A stretch of DNA of 64,000 bases from Macrostomum lignano. Its lineage: Eukaryota. Positions 10,619 through 21,631 of this stretch are shown piece after piece. The stretch spans positions 111,520 through 175,519 of the forward strand of contig NIVC01002421.1 of the NCBI GenBank assembly GCA_002269645.1, read 5' to 3'. The notes beneath the pieces are model-generated. The model did no database searches. It saw nothing but the letters and a program-made list of their open reading frames with translations, and was not told the DNA's origin. The translations under genes and the position numbers were made by a program. The first letter of the stretch is position 1; each line of letters starts with the position of its first letter.

Positions 10619-12196
10619 CCTTATGAATGATGTACTCCTGTGTGTTAGTCTGCGCGCCAATCACAGTCAGCATATCTTTGCCCTTCAGGCTAACAGCGAA
10701 CGTCTGGTTGGTGAGGAACGGCTGCGGCAGCTCAACCTTCTCAGCCACGTGCTGGAAGAACAGGCAGCAGTCGGTGTCCTTGGTGTGCGTGGCCAGCAGC
10801 AGCTGCCAGCCGAGGCCGGTGGCTTCCCGGACGATCTGCACCAGCAGCTGCCGAGCCCTGGCTGACACGTCACCGATGACGGCAGTCCAGGGCGCGCCGT
10901 CCAGCTCGAACTGGTAGCAGCCCTCCGTGCAGATGCGGCAGTTGGGCCACAGAGCCTGCGGCCAGGTGAATGTTTAATGGCAATGAGTACAGAGTCACTG
11001 GCGACTAGGGGGACTTGGGAGTTCCTAGAAGAAGCGGTTGACCCACTGAGGAGATCAGGATGAAGCGGTTGACCCACTGAGGAGATCAGGATGAAGCGGT
11101 TGATCCACTGAGGAGATCAGGATGAAGCGGTTGATCCACTGAGGAGATCAGGATGAAGCGGTTGATCCACTGAGGAGATCAGGATGAAGCGGTTGATCCA
11201 CTGAGGAGATCAGGATGAAGCGGTTGATCCACTGAGGAGATCAGGATGAAGCGATTGATCCACTGAGGAGATCAAGATGAAGCGGTTGATCCACTAAGAA
11301 GCTCAAGATGAACCGGTTAACCCACCGAGAAGCTCAAGATGAAGCGGTTGAACCATGCACTGAGGAGATCAGGATGAAGCGGTTGACACCCACTGAAGAG
11401 ATCAGGATGAAGTGCATGGTTTACCCATGCACTGAGGAGATCAGGATGAAGCGGTTGACCCACTAAGAAGCTCAAGATGAAACGGTTGACCCACTGAGGA
11501 GATCAGGATGAAGCGGTTGACCCATGCACTGAGGAGCTCAGGATGAAGCGGTTGAGCCACTGATGAGCTCAAAACTTTGAAGCGACCATTCGAAGAATTT
11601 AGAACAGCAGAGCACCAGAATGGGAAACACAGACGCCAAACCAGAGCTGGGGAGCTGCATCAATCAGAGCAGGCCAGATGACTTGCCTGGACGCAGCGTT
11701 GGATGGCCTGAATCAGCGGGTTGTCGCATTCGATAAGCTGCAGCAGGCAGCCGTCACTGAATGCCACGCAGGCGACCGGACCGTCGCACGGAGGAGCGGC
11801 GGATGCGGCAGCGGCGGCACCGGCCGCTGAGCCGGTGGCGAAGCACAGCGAGGATACCTCGTACTTGCGACAGAGGTCGGTGGCCACCACAGGCTGGAAG
11901 CCGGTCGACAGCAGGTGGCGCAGCAGGACACAGAGAAGCCGCTTGGCGGCCACGCCGGCCTCCTGGCCGCTGTCGGCGTGGAACGGCGCATCGTTGAGGT
12001 GGAAGATGCGCAGGTCGTGCGGGTAGGCGGACTCGTGCTTGACGCCATTGTCATACTCTTTGTTGACGAGGCTGTTCAGCTGCCGGCCCAGCTCGCTGCC
12101 CGCGTTCAGCACCAACAGCTGATTGGATGAGCGCATGGTGATGGAGAACAGACTCTCGGGAGTTGATCGAATGGGCGCGCTCAGTTCGTTGCCCAT
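9713..12196 (-). CDS. Uncharacterised 500-aa protein with four ~100-aa tandem repeats and an N-myristoylation motif
   Basis: Exons 12196-11687 (170 codons), 10955-10620 (112), 10534-10313 (74), 10147-9713 (144 plus stop); all introns phase 0. Starts MGNELS. Each repeat has LxxxP(W/F)...(A/G)(R/K)xLxxxLxxxxxxxG(W/F). Confidence 0.88.
10313..10534 (-). CDS. Four-repeat protein exon 3
   Basis: CTCAAAG acceptor; VSQLW...LKGSPW...GWRLL...SNDK; AAG|GTGAGA donor. Confidence 0.87.
10571..10618. repeat. (GACA)n microsatellite
   Basis: Fills most of an 85-nt intron. Confidence 0.95.
10620..10955 (-). CDS. Four-repeat protein exon 2
   Basis: CCGCAG acceptor; ALWPNCR...EYIIHK; AAG|GTGTCT donor. Confidence 0.87.
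11030..11560. repeat. 31-bp minisatellite (GAGGAGATCAGGATGAAGCGGTTGATCCACT)
   Basis: Tandem copies in the GC-AG intron. Confidence 0.95.
11687..12196 (-). CDS. Four-repeat protein exon 1
   Basis: ATG at 12196; ends at CAG|GCAAGT (GC donor). Confidence 0.85.
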
Positions 12197-13693
12197 TTGT
12201 CAGCTGCAGTGGTTCAGGTTCAAGTCTTTTTGAAGAATTTGACATCTATCTGACAAAGCAACTAAATGGCATGTCACTGATGGTCATTCAGAGTCTTTTC
12301 ACGAATTGTCTATACTGGTTTGGCATTAAAAAGAGCACCAATCTTTAAATTTGTTAGCAATGTATTAGAGAAGCTCTTGCATGTCTATATAGGCCCTATA
12401 GTGAAGAGTATAGAAAATAAACTAAAAGTTCAGTTTCAGAATTTTTATGTATTTTTTTTTTTAAAAAGCTTTCACTTTTCTAATCTATATACTAAAAATG
12501 GTCTGTCTGTGCTTATACATCTATGTGATTAGTTAGAGAAAAAAAGCCCTCAACCGATTTTCTTCAAACATCCCTAAAAATTATGAGTATATTAGTGAAA
12601 ATACAAAAATTCAATACTTTGCCTACAAGCCTGCAGGCATTCATTGCATACTGCGTTAATTTGAAAGTTTTTTTACATAATTTAATTTACATGCATAATT
12701 TACATAAAGCCTAAAGAAAATGTTAGAGAAAAAGTGATAGTTTTCATAGAAGAAACATTTTCAGGTAAAAAAATATGTATTGCTTTCTAAAATATTTTAA
12801 AATCACATTCCTCTAGCTGCACCACAAAAGCATAATACGTGTAACACATATGACATAGAAAGGAGCCTTTTGCAATAGAATTTTACTAATTGACATTACA
12901 TGCAAAAACTTGTTACAATTTTGATGGTGAGTAGCTTCTCTATAGAGATATACTAGGCCTATTTTTAGATTTTTTGAAGTACAATGCTGCTGGTAATAAA
13001 AATTGATCTAAATAGAAAAGTATAGACTGAAGTTTTATAAAAGCACTTGAAAAATTAAGCACACAAAACACATTGATAAACCCACGACATAGAAAACCAG
13101 GCTCCACTAGCTAAACTGTAGGGTTAGAATAGTTAAACAGCCGCTAAAAATATCTCGTCGATTTTTACGAAATCAAATATATTTTATTGATAATATCAAG
13201 GCTAGCAGAACTTTTTAAAATATATGCTTCTTATTATAGTCCTAATAGTTAATGTTAACGCTTAGTTATTTATTTAAAAAAGTCTGAAGCACGTTGTATT
13301 TTCTTTAGACTTTCTTAATCTTGCTTTAATATCGTTATTCAAAAAAGCTTCTTTTTGTTATTTAAACTTCTCTCATTGCTCACTGCAGTTCTTCTTGCTT
13401 CGCTGGACACGATTAGCCTGACTTTAGTGGGTACTGTATTTTATATTGTATTGTTATTGGGATCATACTTTAAAATTAGTATTTTAGTGAGATATTATGC
13501 ACAATTGATTTATTATTACTGTTTTGAAATAGGCCGATTAATATTAATTTTATTTTGCAATTGCCTTTTTAGTGACTACACTAGTCAAGAACACTAGTCA
13601 TTATTACTCCCAAATACTCGTCTACCTTCTTATTTAAATTTTTCTTCTGTATTTAAAAAAAACTGACAACTATCTTAGACCAGTACAAGAATC

Positions 13694-13710
13694 ATGTTAA
13701 TTAAGGAATA
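13694..13710 (+). CDS. PITPNA: PITP coding exon 1 (MLIKE-TA)
   Basis: ATG TTA ATT AAG GAA TA|GTAAGT; supplies the canonical PITP N-terminus in the phase 2 that exon 2 requires. Confidence 0.85.
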
Positions 13711-16700
13711 GTAAGTAATTTTTTAATTTGTTTTTGTCTTGATTGTACTAGACATATTCCTAATCTGCATGTGATTGACATTGGCTTTATTTAATCTTTT
13801 ATGCTTTTTAGTATCATGTCTAAAAATTTGCCACAAATAAAGTTTTTTTTCCTAAAAATCATTAAGTAGAACTTTTTATTAGGCCTTAGTTTTAATCAAT
13901 GCTTAATTGGAATAAGCATTATCTAACTAAAAATTTGAGTAATATAAGTTAAAAAATATTTAAAGGCAGTTGTTATTGTTAAAAGGACCATAAATAGCAA
14001 GGTGGTTATTTTTATGGTCAGCATATAAAACAAATATTATCTAAATTAAATAACAAACTTGCAATGCAAATAAAATAATAAAAGATAATTAAATTTTTAA
14101 AAACAAGAAACATTTTTTTCGATTTGAAAATGACAAAATTACAAATTTATCTATGATTTATTTATGACATTAATGGTAGAACTACCAAGAAGGGGAGTTC
14201 AACAATTTTTTTGCTGCACTAGAGTAGAGCAACACAGGCGCATGAAATTCAAGAACACGAGTTAAGTTTTTGTTGTACACCTTTTCAAACAAGAATCAAG
14301 TTGCCAGCCCTCCAGACCATCAATATATTTGATGATTCTGCCAGGTTGGATTTTTCCTTTAAGCACCAGTGTATTTAGTATATCCCCTGGGTTTTTTTCA
14401 CCAGAGACAAGGTGCGAAATCGCACCTTGTGCCAAATTTCAAGGTGCAATTTTAAGGCTCAGAGTGCAATTTCTCTTGAGTCTTGTTTCAGACAACTGGG
14501 AATGTAGTTTTTAATATCTTACATAAGGCTATAGCCATAGGCTATATCGCCTATATGACTTAATAGGATTTAAAGAGTTATTTTGTTTCATATTTTAAGG
14601 CAGTGCATGAAAAATAGCTTAAGCATGGTTAAGCCTTTAAAGAAAAATGGTTATAAGACTGCTCCTAAACCGCATCTACTTTTTTAATTTCAGGGTGCAA
14701 TTTTAAAATTTAGGGTGCATATACACACACTCTGCGCACAAAAAACCCTGTATATCCCTATGCACCAATCAGCACTGCATCTTAGTGCAGCTTTGTCAAG
14801 TCTCCAAATTTCATTAGCACATCAACCACATATGTCTGCATCAGCTCTGACTTCGTTGGTCTCTGGCCTTTAGCCAGGCAGAGCTTCTGGACCTTCAACA
14901 GGTGGTACCAAATGACTATAAACACCCTAATATTATTTTTTTCTCAAGTTTTGCTGATCAAGCCTTGACAATAAGCAAAACTCAACTGCTGGGTATCCTC
15001 AGCTAGTCTCTCAAGCATTCAGTCATCACCCCAATGCCATCGGCACCTTTAACAGATTACACCAGGTGACTATAGACGTCTGATAAAAATTTCTTGAGTT
15101 TTGCTGATCAAGCCTCAACAGTGGGCAAGCCTCAGCTGCTAGACATCCTCAGCTAGTCTCTCAAGCATCCCGTCATCACCCTAATGCCGTCAGCACCTTG
15201 AACAGATGGCATCCTTGGACAACTAGAATATACTCTAGTTGTCCATGGTAGCACCAAGTGACTATGAATACCCTGTTGTGAGTTTCTTTAATGTAGCTGC
15301 ACAAGCATCAATTATGGACAAATTTTAACTTCTGTTCATTCTCAGTTGACTCTCAGTCTATCATCACCCAATGTGATGACATAAAAATGATGATATAATA
15401 AGTTAATTGAACTGTAAACTGAACCAAATTTTTGCCAAGAGAAGAAATTACAAAAAAACTTGCTAATTTACTGTGTAGACTGAATATTAAGTAAAAAGTA
15501 CTAAAATTTATTTATGGTCTGGTTTTTATTCATACTGACAAAAGTAAATGCTCAGACTTTGAGAATTTCTGAAATTACTGAGCAACAGCTCAGGAGCAAG
15601 AACTTCTAAGCAAATGCCAATGAGCTCTTGCTCACTTTATTCATACAGACTAGAGTCAATTTTTTAGTTTGAGCAACTGCCTACTAATCATATGGCTTAT
15701 GGTTTTGTCTCATTGTCCATTTCTCATTTTGTCTAATTTCATCTTATGGTCAAGGCCTTGACCTTAGCCTTGGACTTGACCAAAGCCTTGACCTGACTAA
15801 GGCCAAGAACTTCTAGGCCTGGAGTTGTTGCTGATAACTCAAGATGTCTAGCAGTTAAGGCTTGCCCATATTGAAGCTTGATAAGAAAAACCTGATATAG
15901 TTGCAATAGGATGTCTATAGTCACCTGGTGTAATCTGTTAAAGGTGCCGATGGCATCCGGGTGATGACTGAATGCTTGAGAGACAAGCTGAGAATGCCCC
16001 ACGGTTGATGCTTGCCCATTGTCAAGGCTTGATCAGAGAAACTATAAAAATTTGCATCAGACTATCTATAGTCAGCTAGTGTAATCTGTTGAAGGTGCCG
16101 ATGGCGTCTGGGTGATGACAGAATGCTCGAGAGAATAGCTGAGGATACCTAGCAGTTGAATTTTGCCCACTGTCAAGGCTTGATCAGCAAAACTCAAGAA
16201 ATTTGTATCAGAGTGTTCATAGTCACCTGGTGCCACCTGTTGAAGGTCTAGAAGCTCCGTCTTGGTGAAGGCCAGTGACTAACAAAAGTCAGAGCTGATG
16301 CAAACACATGTGGTCGAGGTGCTGATGAAATTTAGAGGCTTGGCAAGGCTGCACTAAAGGGCAGTGCTGATTGGTACATAGGGGTTATATTGAATACACT
16401 GGAGCTTATTGGAAAAATCCGACCTTCTGGCAGAATCATCAAATATCTCAATGGTCCAGAAGGCTGGCGACTTGATTTTTGTTTGAGAAGGTGCACAACA
16501 AAAGTTTAGCTTGTGTTCTTGAATTTTGTGTGGCTGTGTTGCTCCATTCTGGTGCAACAAAAAATTTGTCAGGGAGAGATAAATCCCCCCCCCCTCTTGG
16601 TAGTTTGACAGGCAGAAAAATGGATTGGCATTCCTACTGTTATATATTGATTATAAGGCTTCTAGTAGCTCTTGTCATTGACTTAACCTAGCTTATTTTA

Positions 16701-19700
16701 GGTAATTATTAACCATTAATATAAATAACATTTCTTCTCCATGACTATAAAAATAACATTTTTGCAATTATAGGGTTACATTAGGTTTAAACCTTTGGTT
16801 CAGGTATTGTCTTATGCATTGATCATAAAAATAACTGTTTGCTATTTAATATTTATAATTATATAGTCACTGTAACAATACCAACTGCCATATTTATACT
16901 AAGATATATTAAACATTATATAGAATATTATTTATAATTGTTTTAACTTTAGATTCATTTAGCCATTTTATTAATTTTAGTTATATCCTTTCTATGACTA
17001 GATGTTTAAATATAACAGACAAAATATCTATAAACTATATTTTCATTTATATAAAACAAAGCTATATTTCAAAAAAGTTTTCCAGATATAAATATATCCC
17101 TTTTTTGTAGATAACATCTGCTCTGGTATGATTTCAAGAAATTCTTATATGATGTGATTGCATAGAAAAAATCTATCTATTTAAACTAGACTTGTTAGAT
17201 ATATTCATATTATCATATTCATATTATAAATATAAACATAAGCAAATTTTTCTATCATTTATTGTAATATAATGATAAAGTTAAAATGATAAAAATAATT
17301 TAACTTATCATTTATAAATTGGTCTTATTAATTTATTAAGAATAGCTAGGATTATAATCGTATATTATTCTTTGTTAAAATCTTTGTTGAGATTGTGAAG
17401 TCCTCTTTTCACAAAAGCTTTAAAATTAGTAACATTCATTTATTTCTATTCTCTATCCTTCCTAAAAAATCAAGGGTTCCAATGGTCCTTTGAATCTTTT
17501 AATTCTCTTTTATTGAATGTCAAATAGATATAGGAGGTATATATTCCTATAACCATATCTATATCTATATGTTTTGTCTAAAAATATCAGTATCTAAAAA
17601 TTCTTATAGCCATAGATCTATAGCTATAGCAGAACTCTTATTCTAACAAATTTATTCAACATTGTACTCTTCTAAACATTTGTGCAATGTAAAATATTTT
17701 TAGTTTATAAAATATCTTTTAGTGTTTATATTTGAATTCATAATAGTCAAATTTTTATTAAAAGTCATGTTCTGACTACATCTATACTATATGTTTGTAG
17801 AGATAATGGATTTGGACTTCAATGACTAAAAAAGGTGTCTTATAAAACAGTCCTAATCAGTAGATAGTGCACAAAATCCTTTTGACCAACTGGCTTAGTT
17901 CTCAGATTTCTCATTGACTTTTGCCTTGACCTTATTTGCCAATTTTTTTTACTTTTTTGTCTAGCCGAGTTATCCTGCCAATGACAGTGGAGGAGTACCA
18001 CTGCGCTCAGCTCTTTTCTGTTGCCGAAGCATCCAAGCAGGAGACTGGCGGCGGCGAGGGCATCATGGTGGTGCACAACGAGCCTTTCGATGTCAAGGCC
18101 AACAAGTGGCCGCCTAAGACGCCTCTGCTAGGCAACCGAGCGAATGGGCAGTACACATACAAGATCTACAAGCTGCAGAAGTGCGTGGACCATCTATTCC
18201 TGAACTTATAGCACTGACCTTGTGATGCCTTGTTAACATATCTCCCTTCTAGATCCTCTATAATCGCCCCTATATTCCTTTTTAGAATTGCCTCTAAATT
18301 CCCCTCTAGAATCGTTCCTAAATTCCCTTCTAAAATCGCCCCTAAATTCCCTTCTAGAATTGCCCCTAAACTCCCTTTAAGAATCGTCCTTAAATTCCCT
18401 TCTAGAATCGCCCTAAATTCCCTTCTAGAATTGCCCCTAAATTCCCTTCTAGAATCGCCCCTAAACTCCCTTTAAGAATCGTCCTTAAATTCCCTTCTAG
18501 AATCGCCCTAAATTCCCTTGAGGAATCGTCCTTAAATTCCCTTCTAGAATCGCCCCTAAACTCCCTTTAAGAATCGTCCTTAAATTCCCTTCTAGAATCG
18601 CCCCTAAACTCCCTTTAAGAATCGTCCTTAAATTCCCTTCTAAAATCGCCCCTAAATTCCCGTCTAGAATCGCCCTAAATTCCGTTCTAGAATCTCCACT
18701 AAATTCCCTTTAAAATCGCCCTAAATTCCCGTCTAGAATCGCCCCTAAATTCCTTTCTAGAATCTCCACTAAATTCCCTTTAGAATCACCCTAAATTCCC
18801 TTTAGAATCACCCTAAATTCCCGTCTAGAATCGCCCCTAATTTCCCGTCTAGAATCGCCCCTAAATTCCCGTCTAGAATCGCCCTAAATTCCCTTTTAGA
18901 ATTGCTCCTAAATGGCCCCTCCAGCCAGAGAGAACTTCTGCCCCTAATCGCTACGCACCCATTTGAATTGCATCCTACCCATAAGCCTCTCCATCTGCTA
19001 CTATTGGACCCGGCCCTCAACCTCTCCAGCAAGGTGCCGAAGTTCATCCGCCTGCTGGCGCCGTCGGGCTCGCTGGAGATGACGGAGACGGCCTGGAACG
19101 CCTACCCCTACTGCCGCACTGTGGTGGAGAACCCCGGCTACATGAAGGAGAACTTCTTCATCAAGATCGAGTCCATGCACGTGCAGGACGCTGGCACGCA
19201 GCAGAATGTGCACCAGCTGCCGCCAGATCTGCTCAGCAAGCGGGAGGTTGTGTACATCGACATCGCCAACGACAAGCTGTACTCCAACTCTGACTACAAG
19301 CGCGAGTTCGACCCCAAGCTGTTCAAGTCGGAGAAGACCGACCGCGGGCCGCTGGTGAACAATCCCTGGTGGCAGAACTACAATGGGCCGGTCATGTGCG
19401 CCTACAAGCTCGTCACCTGCGAGTTCAAGTGGTTCGGCCTGCAGACCCGGGTTGAGAGCTTCATTCACACGGTGCGACTGCTTTTCATCGATTGTGGACT
19501 GCTCAGTGACTCAGGACACTGACCCATGTGACCCATGTAACCCCACAACCCATGCTGACTCCGCAATGACCCCACACCCCATGCTGACCCGCACTGACCC
19601 ACGTGACCCCACAACCCATTCTGATCCCACAATGACCCCATGTGATCCTACACCCCATGCTGACCCCGTATGCCCACACCCTATTCTGAATCCGCAATGA

Positions 19701-21631
19701 CCCCATGCTGACACCAACACTGACCCCATGCTGACACCAACACTGACCCGATGCTGACACCAACACTGACCCCATGCTGACGCCAACACTGACCCCATGC
19801 TGACACCAACACTGACCCCATGCTAAAACCAACACTGACCCCATGCTGACACCAACACTGACCCCATGCTGACACCAACACTGACCCCATGCTGACACCA
19901 ACACTGACCCCATGCTGACATCAACACTGACCCCATGCTGACACCAACACTGACCCCATGCTGACACCAACACTGACCCGATGCTGACACCAACACTGAC
20001 CCCATGCTGACACCAACACTGACCCCATGCTAAAACCAACACTGACCCCATGCTGACATCAACACTGACCCGATGCTGACACCAACACTGACCCCATGCT
20101 GACACCAACACTGACCCCATGCTAAAACCAACACTGACCCCATGCTGACACCAACACTGACCCCATGCTGACACCAACACTGACCCCATGCTAAAACCAA
20201 CACTGACCCCATGCTGACACCAACACTGACCCCATGCTGACACCAACACTGACCCCATGCTGACATCAACACTGACCCCATGCTGACACCAACACTGACC
20301 CCATGCTGACACCAACACTGACCCGATGCTGACACCAACACTGACCCCATGCTGACACCAACACTGACCCCATGCTAAAACCAACACTGACCCCATGCTG
20401 ACACCAACACTGACCCCATGCTGACACCAACACTGACCCCATGCTGACACCAACACTGACCCCATGCTGACATCAACACTGACCCCATGCTGACACCAAC
20501 ACTGACCCCATGCTGACACCAACACTGACCCGATGCTGACACCAACACTGACCCCATGCTGACACCAACACTGACCCCATGCTAAAACCAACACTGACCC
20601 CATGCTGACATCAACACTGACCCGATGCTGACACCAACACTGACCCCATGCTGACACCAACACTGACCCCATGCTAAAACCAACACTGACCCCATGCTGA
20701 CACCAACACTGACCCCATGCTGACACCAACACTGACCCCATGCTAAAACCAACACTGACCCCATGCTGACACCAACACTGACCCCATGCTGACACCAACA
20801 CTGACCCCATGCTGACATCAACACTGACCCCATGCTGACACCAACACTGACCCCATGCTGACACCAACACTGACCCGATGCTGACACCAACACTGACCCC
20901 ATGCTGACACCAACACTGACCCCATGCTAAAACCAACACTGACCCCATGCTGACATCAACACTGACCCGATGCTGACACCAACACTGACCCCATGCTGAC
21001 ACCAACACTGACCCCATGCTAAAACCAACACTGACCCCATGCTGACACCAACACTGACCCCATGCTGACACCAACACTGACCCCATGCTAAAACCAACAC
21101 TGACCCCATGCTGACACCAACACTGACCCCATGCTGACACCAACACTGACCCCATGCTGACATCAACACTGACCCCATGCTGACATCAACACTGATCCCA
21201 TGCTGACACCAACACTGACCCCATGCTGACACCAACACTGACCCCATGCTGACACCAACACTGACCCCATGCTGACACCAACACTGACCCCATGCTGACA
21301 TCAACACTGACCCCATGCTGACACCAACACTGACCCCATGCTGACACCAACACTGACCCCATGCTGACACCAACACTGACCCCATGCTGACACCAACACT
21401 GACCCCATGCTGACACCAACACTGACCCCATGCTGACGCCAACCGCCCTCAAACCACCCGCAGATGGAGCGCCGCATCTTCACGAACTTCCACAGGCAGG
21501 TGTTCTGCCTCACCGACCAGTGGTTCGGCCTCACCATGGAGGACATCCGCCAGCTGGAGGAGCGGACCAAGCGCGATTTGGACAGCCAGATCGCCTCCGG
21601 CCAGGTGCGCGGCACGAAGGCCGAGGACTGA
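13694..21631 (+). CDS. PITPNA: Class I phosphatidylinositol transfer protein (PITP alpha/beta, giotto/vibrator-like), complete, 280 aa
   Basis: Exons 13694-13710, 17965-18180, 19030-19471, 21464-21631 (843 nt, phases consistent). Motifs [66 protein letters not shown]. Symbol is family-level. Confidence 0.96.
14178..16603. mobile_element. Foldback-like long inverted repeat in PITP intron 1
   Basis: Arms ~14178-15375 and ~15835-16603 are reverse complements (roughly 80% by eye), each with ~150-bp internal subrepeats. Confidence 0.75.
14387..14750. mobile_element. hAT-type MITE inserted in the left foldback arm
   Basis: 8-bp TSD TATATCCC (14379-14386, 14751-14758); TIR C(T/A)GGGTTTTTT; empty site in the right arm near 16380-16390. 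Confidence 0.8.
17965..18180 (+). CDS. PITPNA: PITP exon 2
   Basis: TTTTTTGTCTAG acceptor; [11 protein letters not shown]...YKLQ; AA|GTGCGT donor. Confidence 0.93.
18270..18905. repeat. 23-25 bp minisatellite (AAATTCCCTTCTAGAATCGCCCCT)
   Basis: PITP intron 2. Confidence 0.94.
19030..19471 (+). CDS. PITPNA: PITP exon 3
   Basis: CTCTCCAG acceptor; KVPKFIR...ESFIHT; ACG|GTGCGA donor. Confidence 0.95.
19520..21440. repeat. 23-bp minisatellite (CTGACCCCATGCTGACACCAACA) with 552-bp higher-order repeat
   Basis: PITP intron 3; identical track ORFs offset by 552 bp. Confidence 0.97.
21464..21631 (+). CDS. PITPNA: PITP exon 4
   Basis: CCCGCAG acceptor; [12 protein letters not shown]...GTKAED*; TGA at 21629-21631. 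Confidence 0.94.
   Translation: MERRIFTNFHRQVFCLTDQWFGLTMEDIRQLEERTKRDLDSQIASGQVRGTKAED

Noticed and set aside
14940-16240. 150-bp subrepeats of the foldback arms as a degenerate 50-aa coding repeat (ORF 15739-16002)
   Set aside because: Unit length varies (150/151), and stops occur in all frames
19001-19468. Antisense and alternative-frame ORFs over real exons (also 682-1209, 9818-10234, 29101-29631, 30039-30605, 39542-40339)
   Set aside because: Shadow ORFs caused by extreme GC3 codon bias on the coding strand
19503-21442. 550-aa and related minus-strand ORFs
   Set aside because: Artefact of the 23-bp array in PITP intron 3
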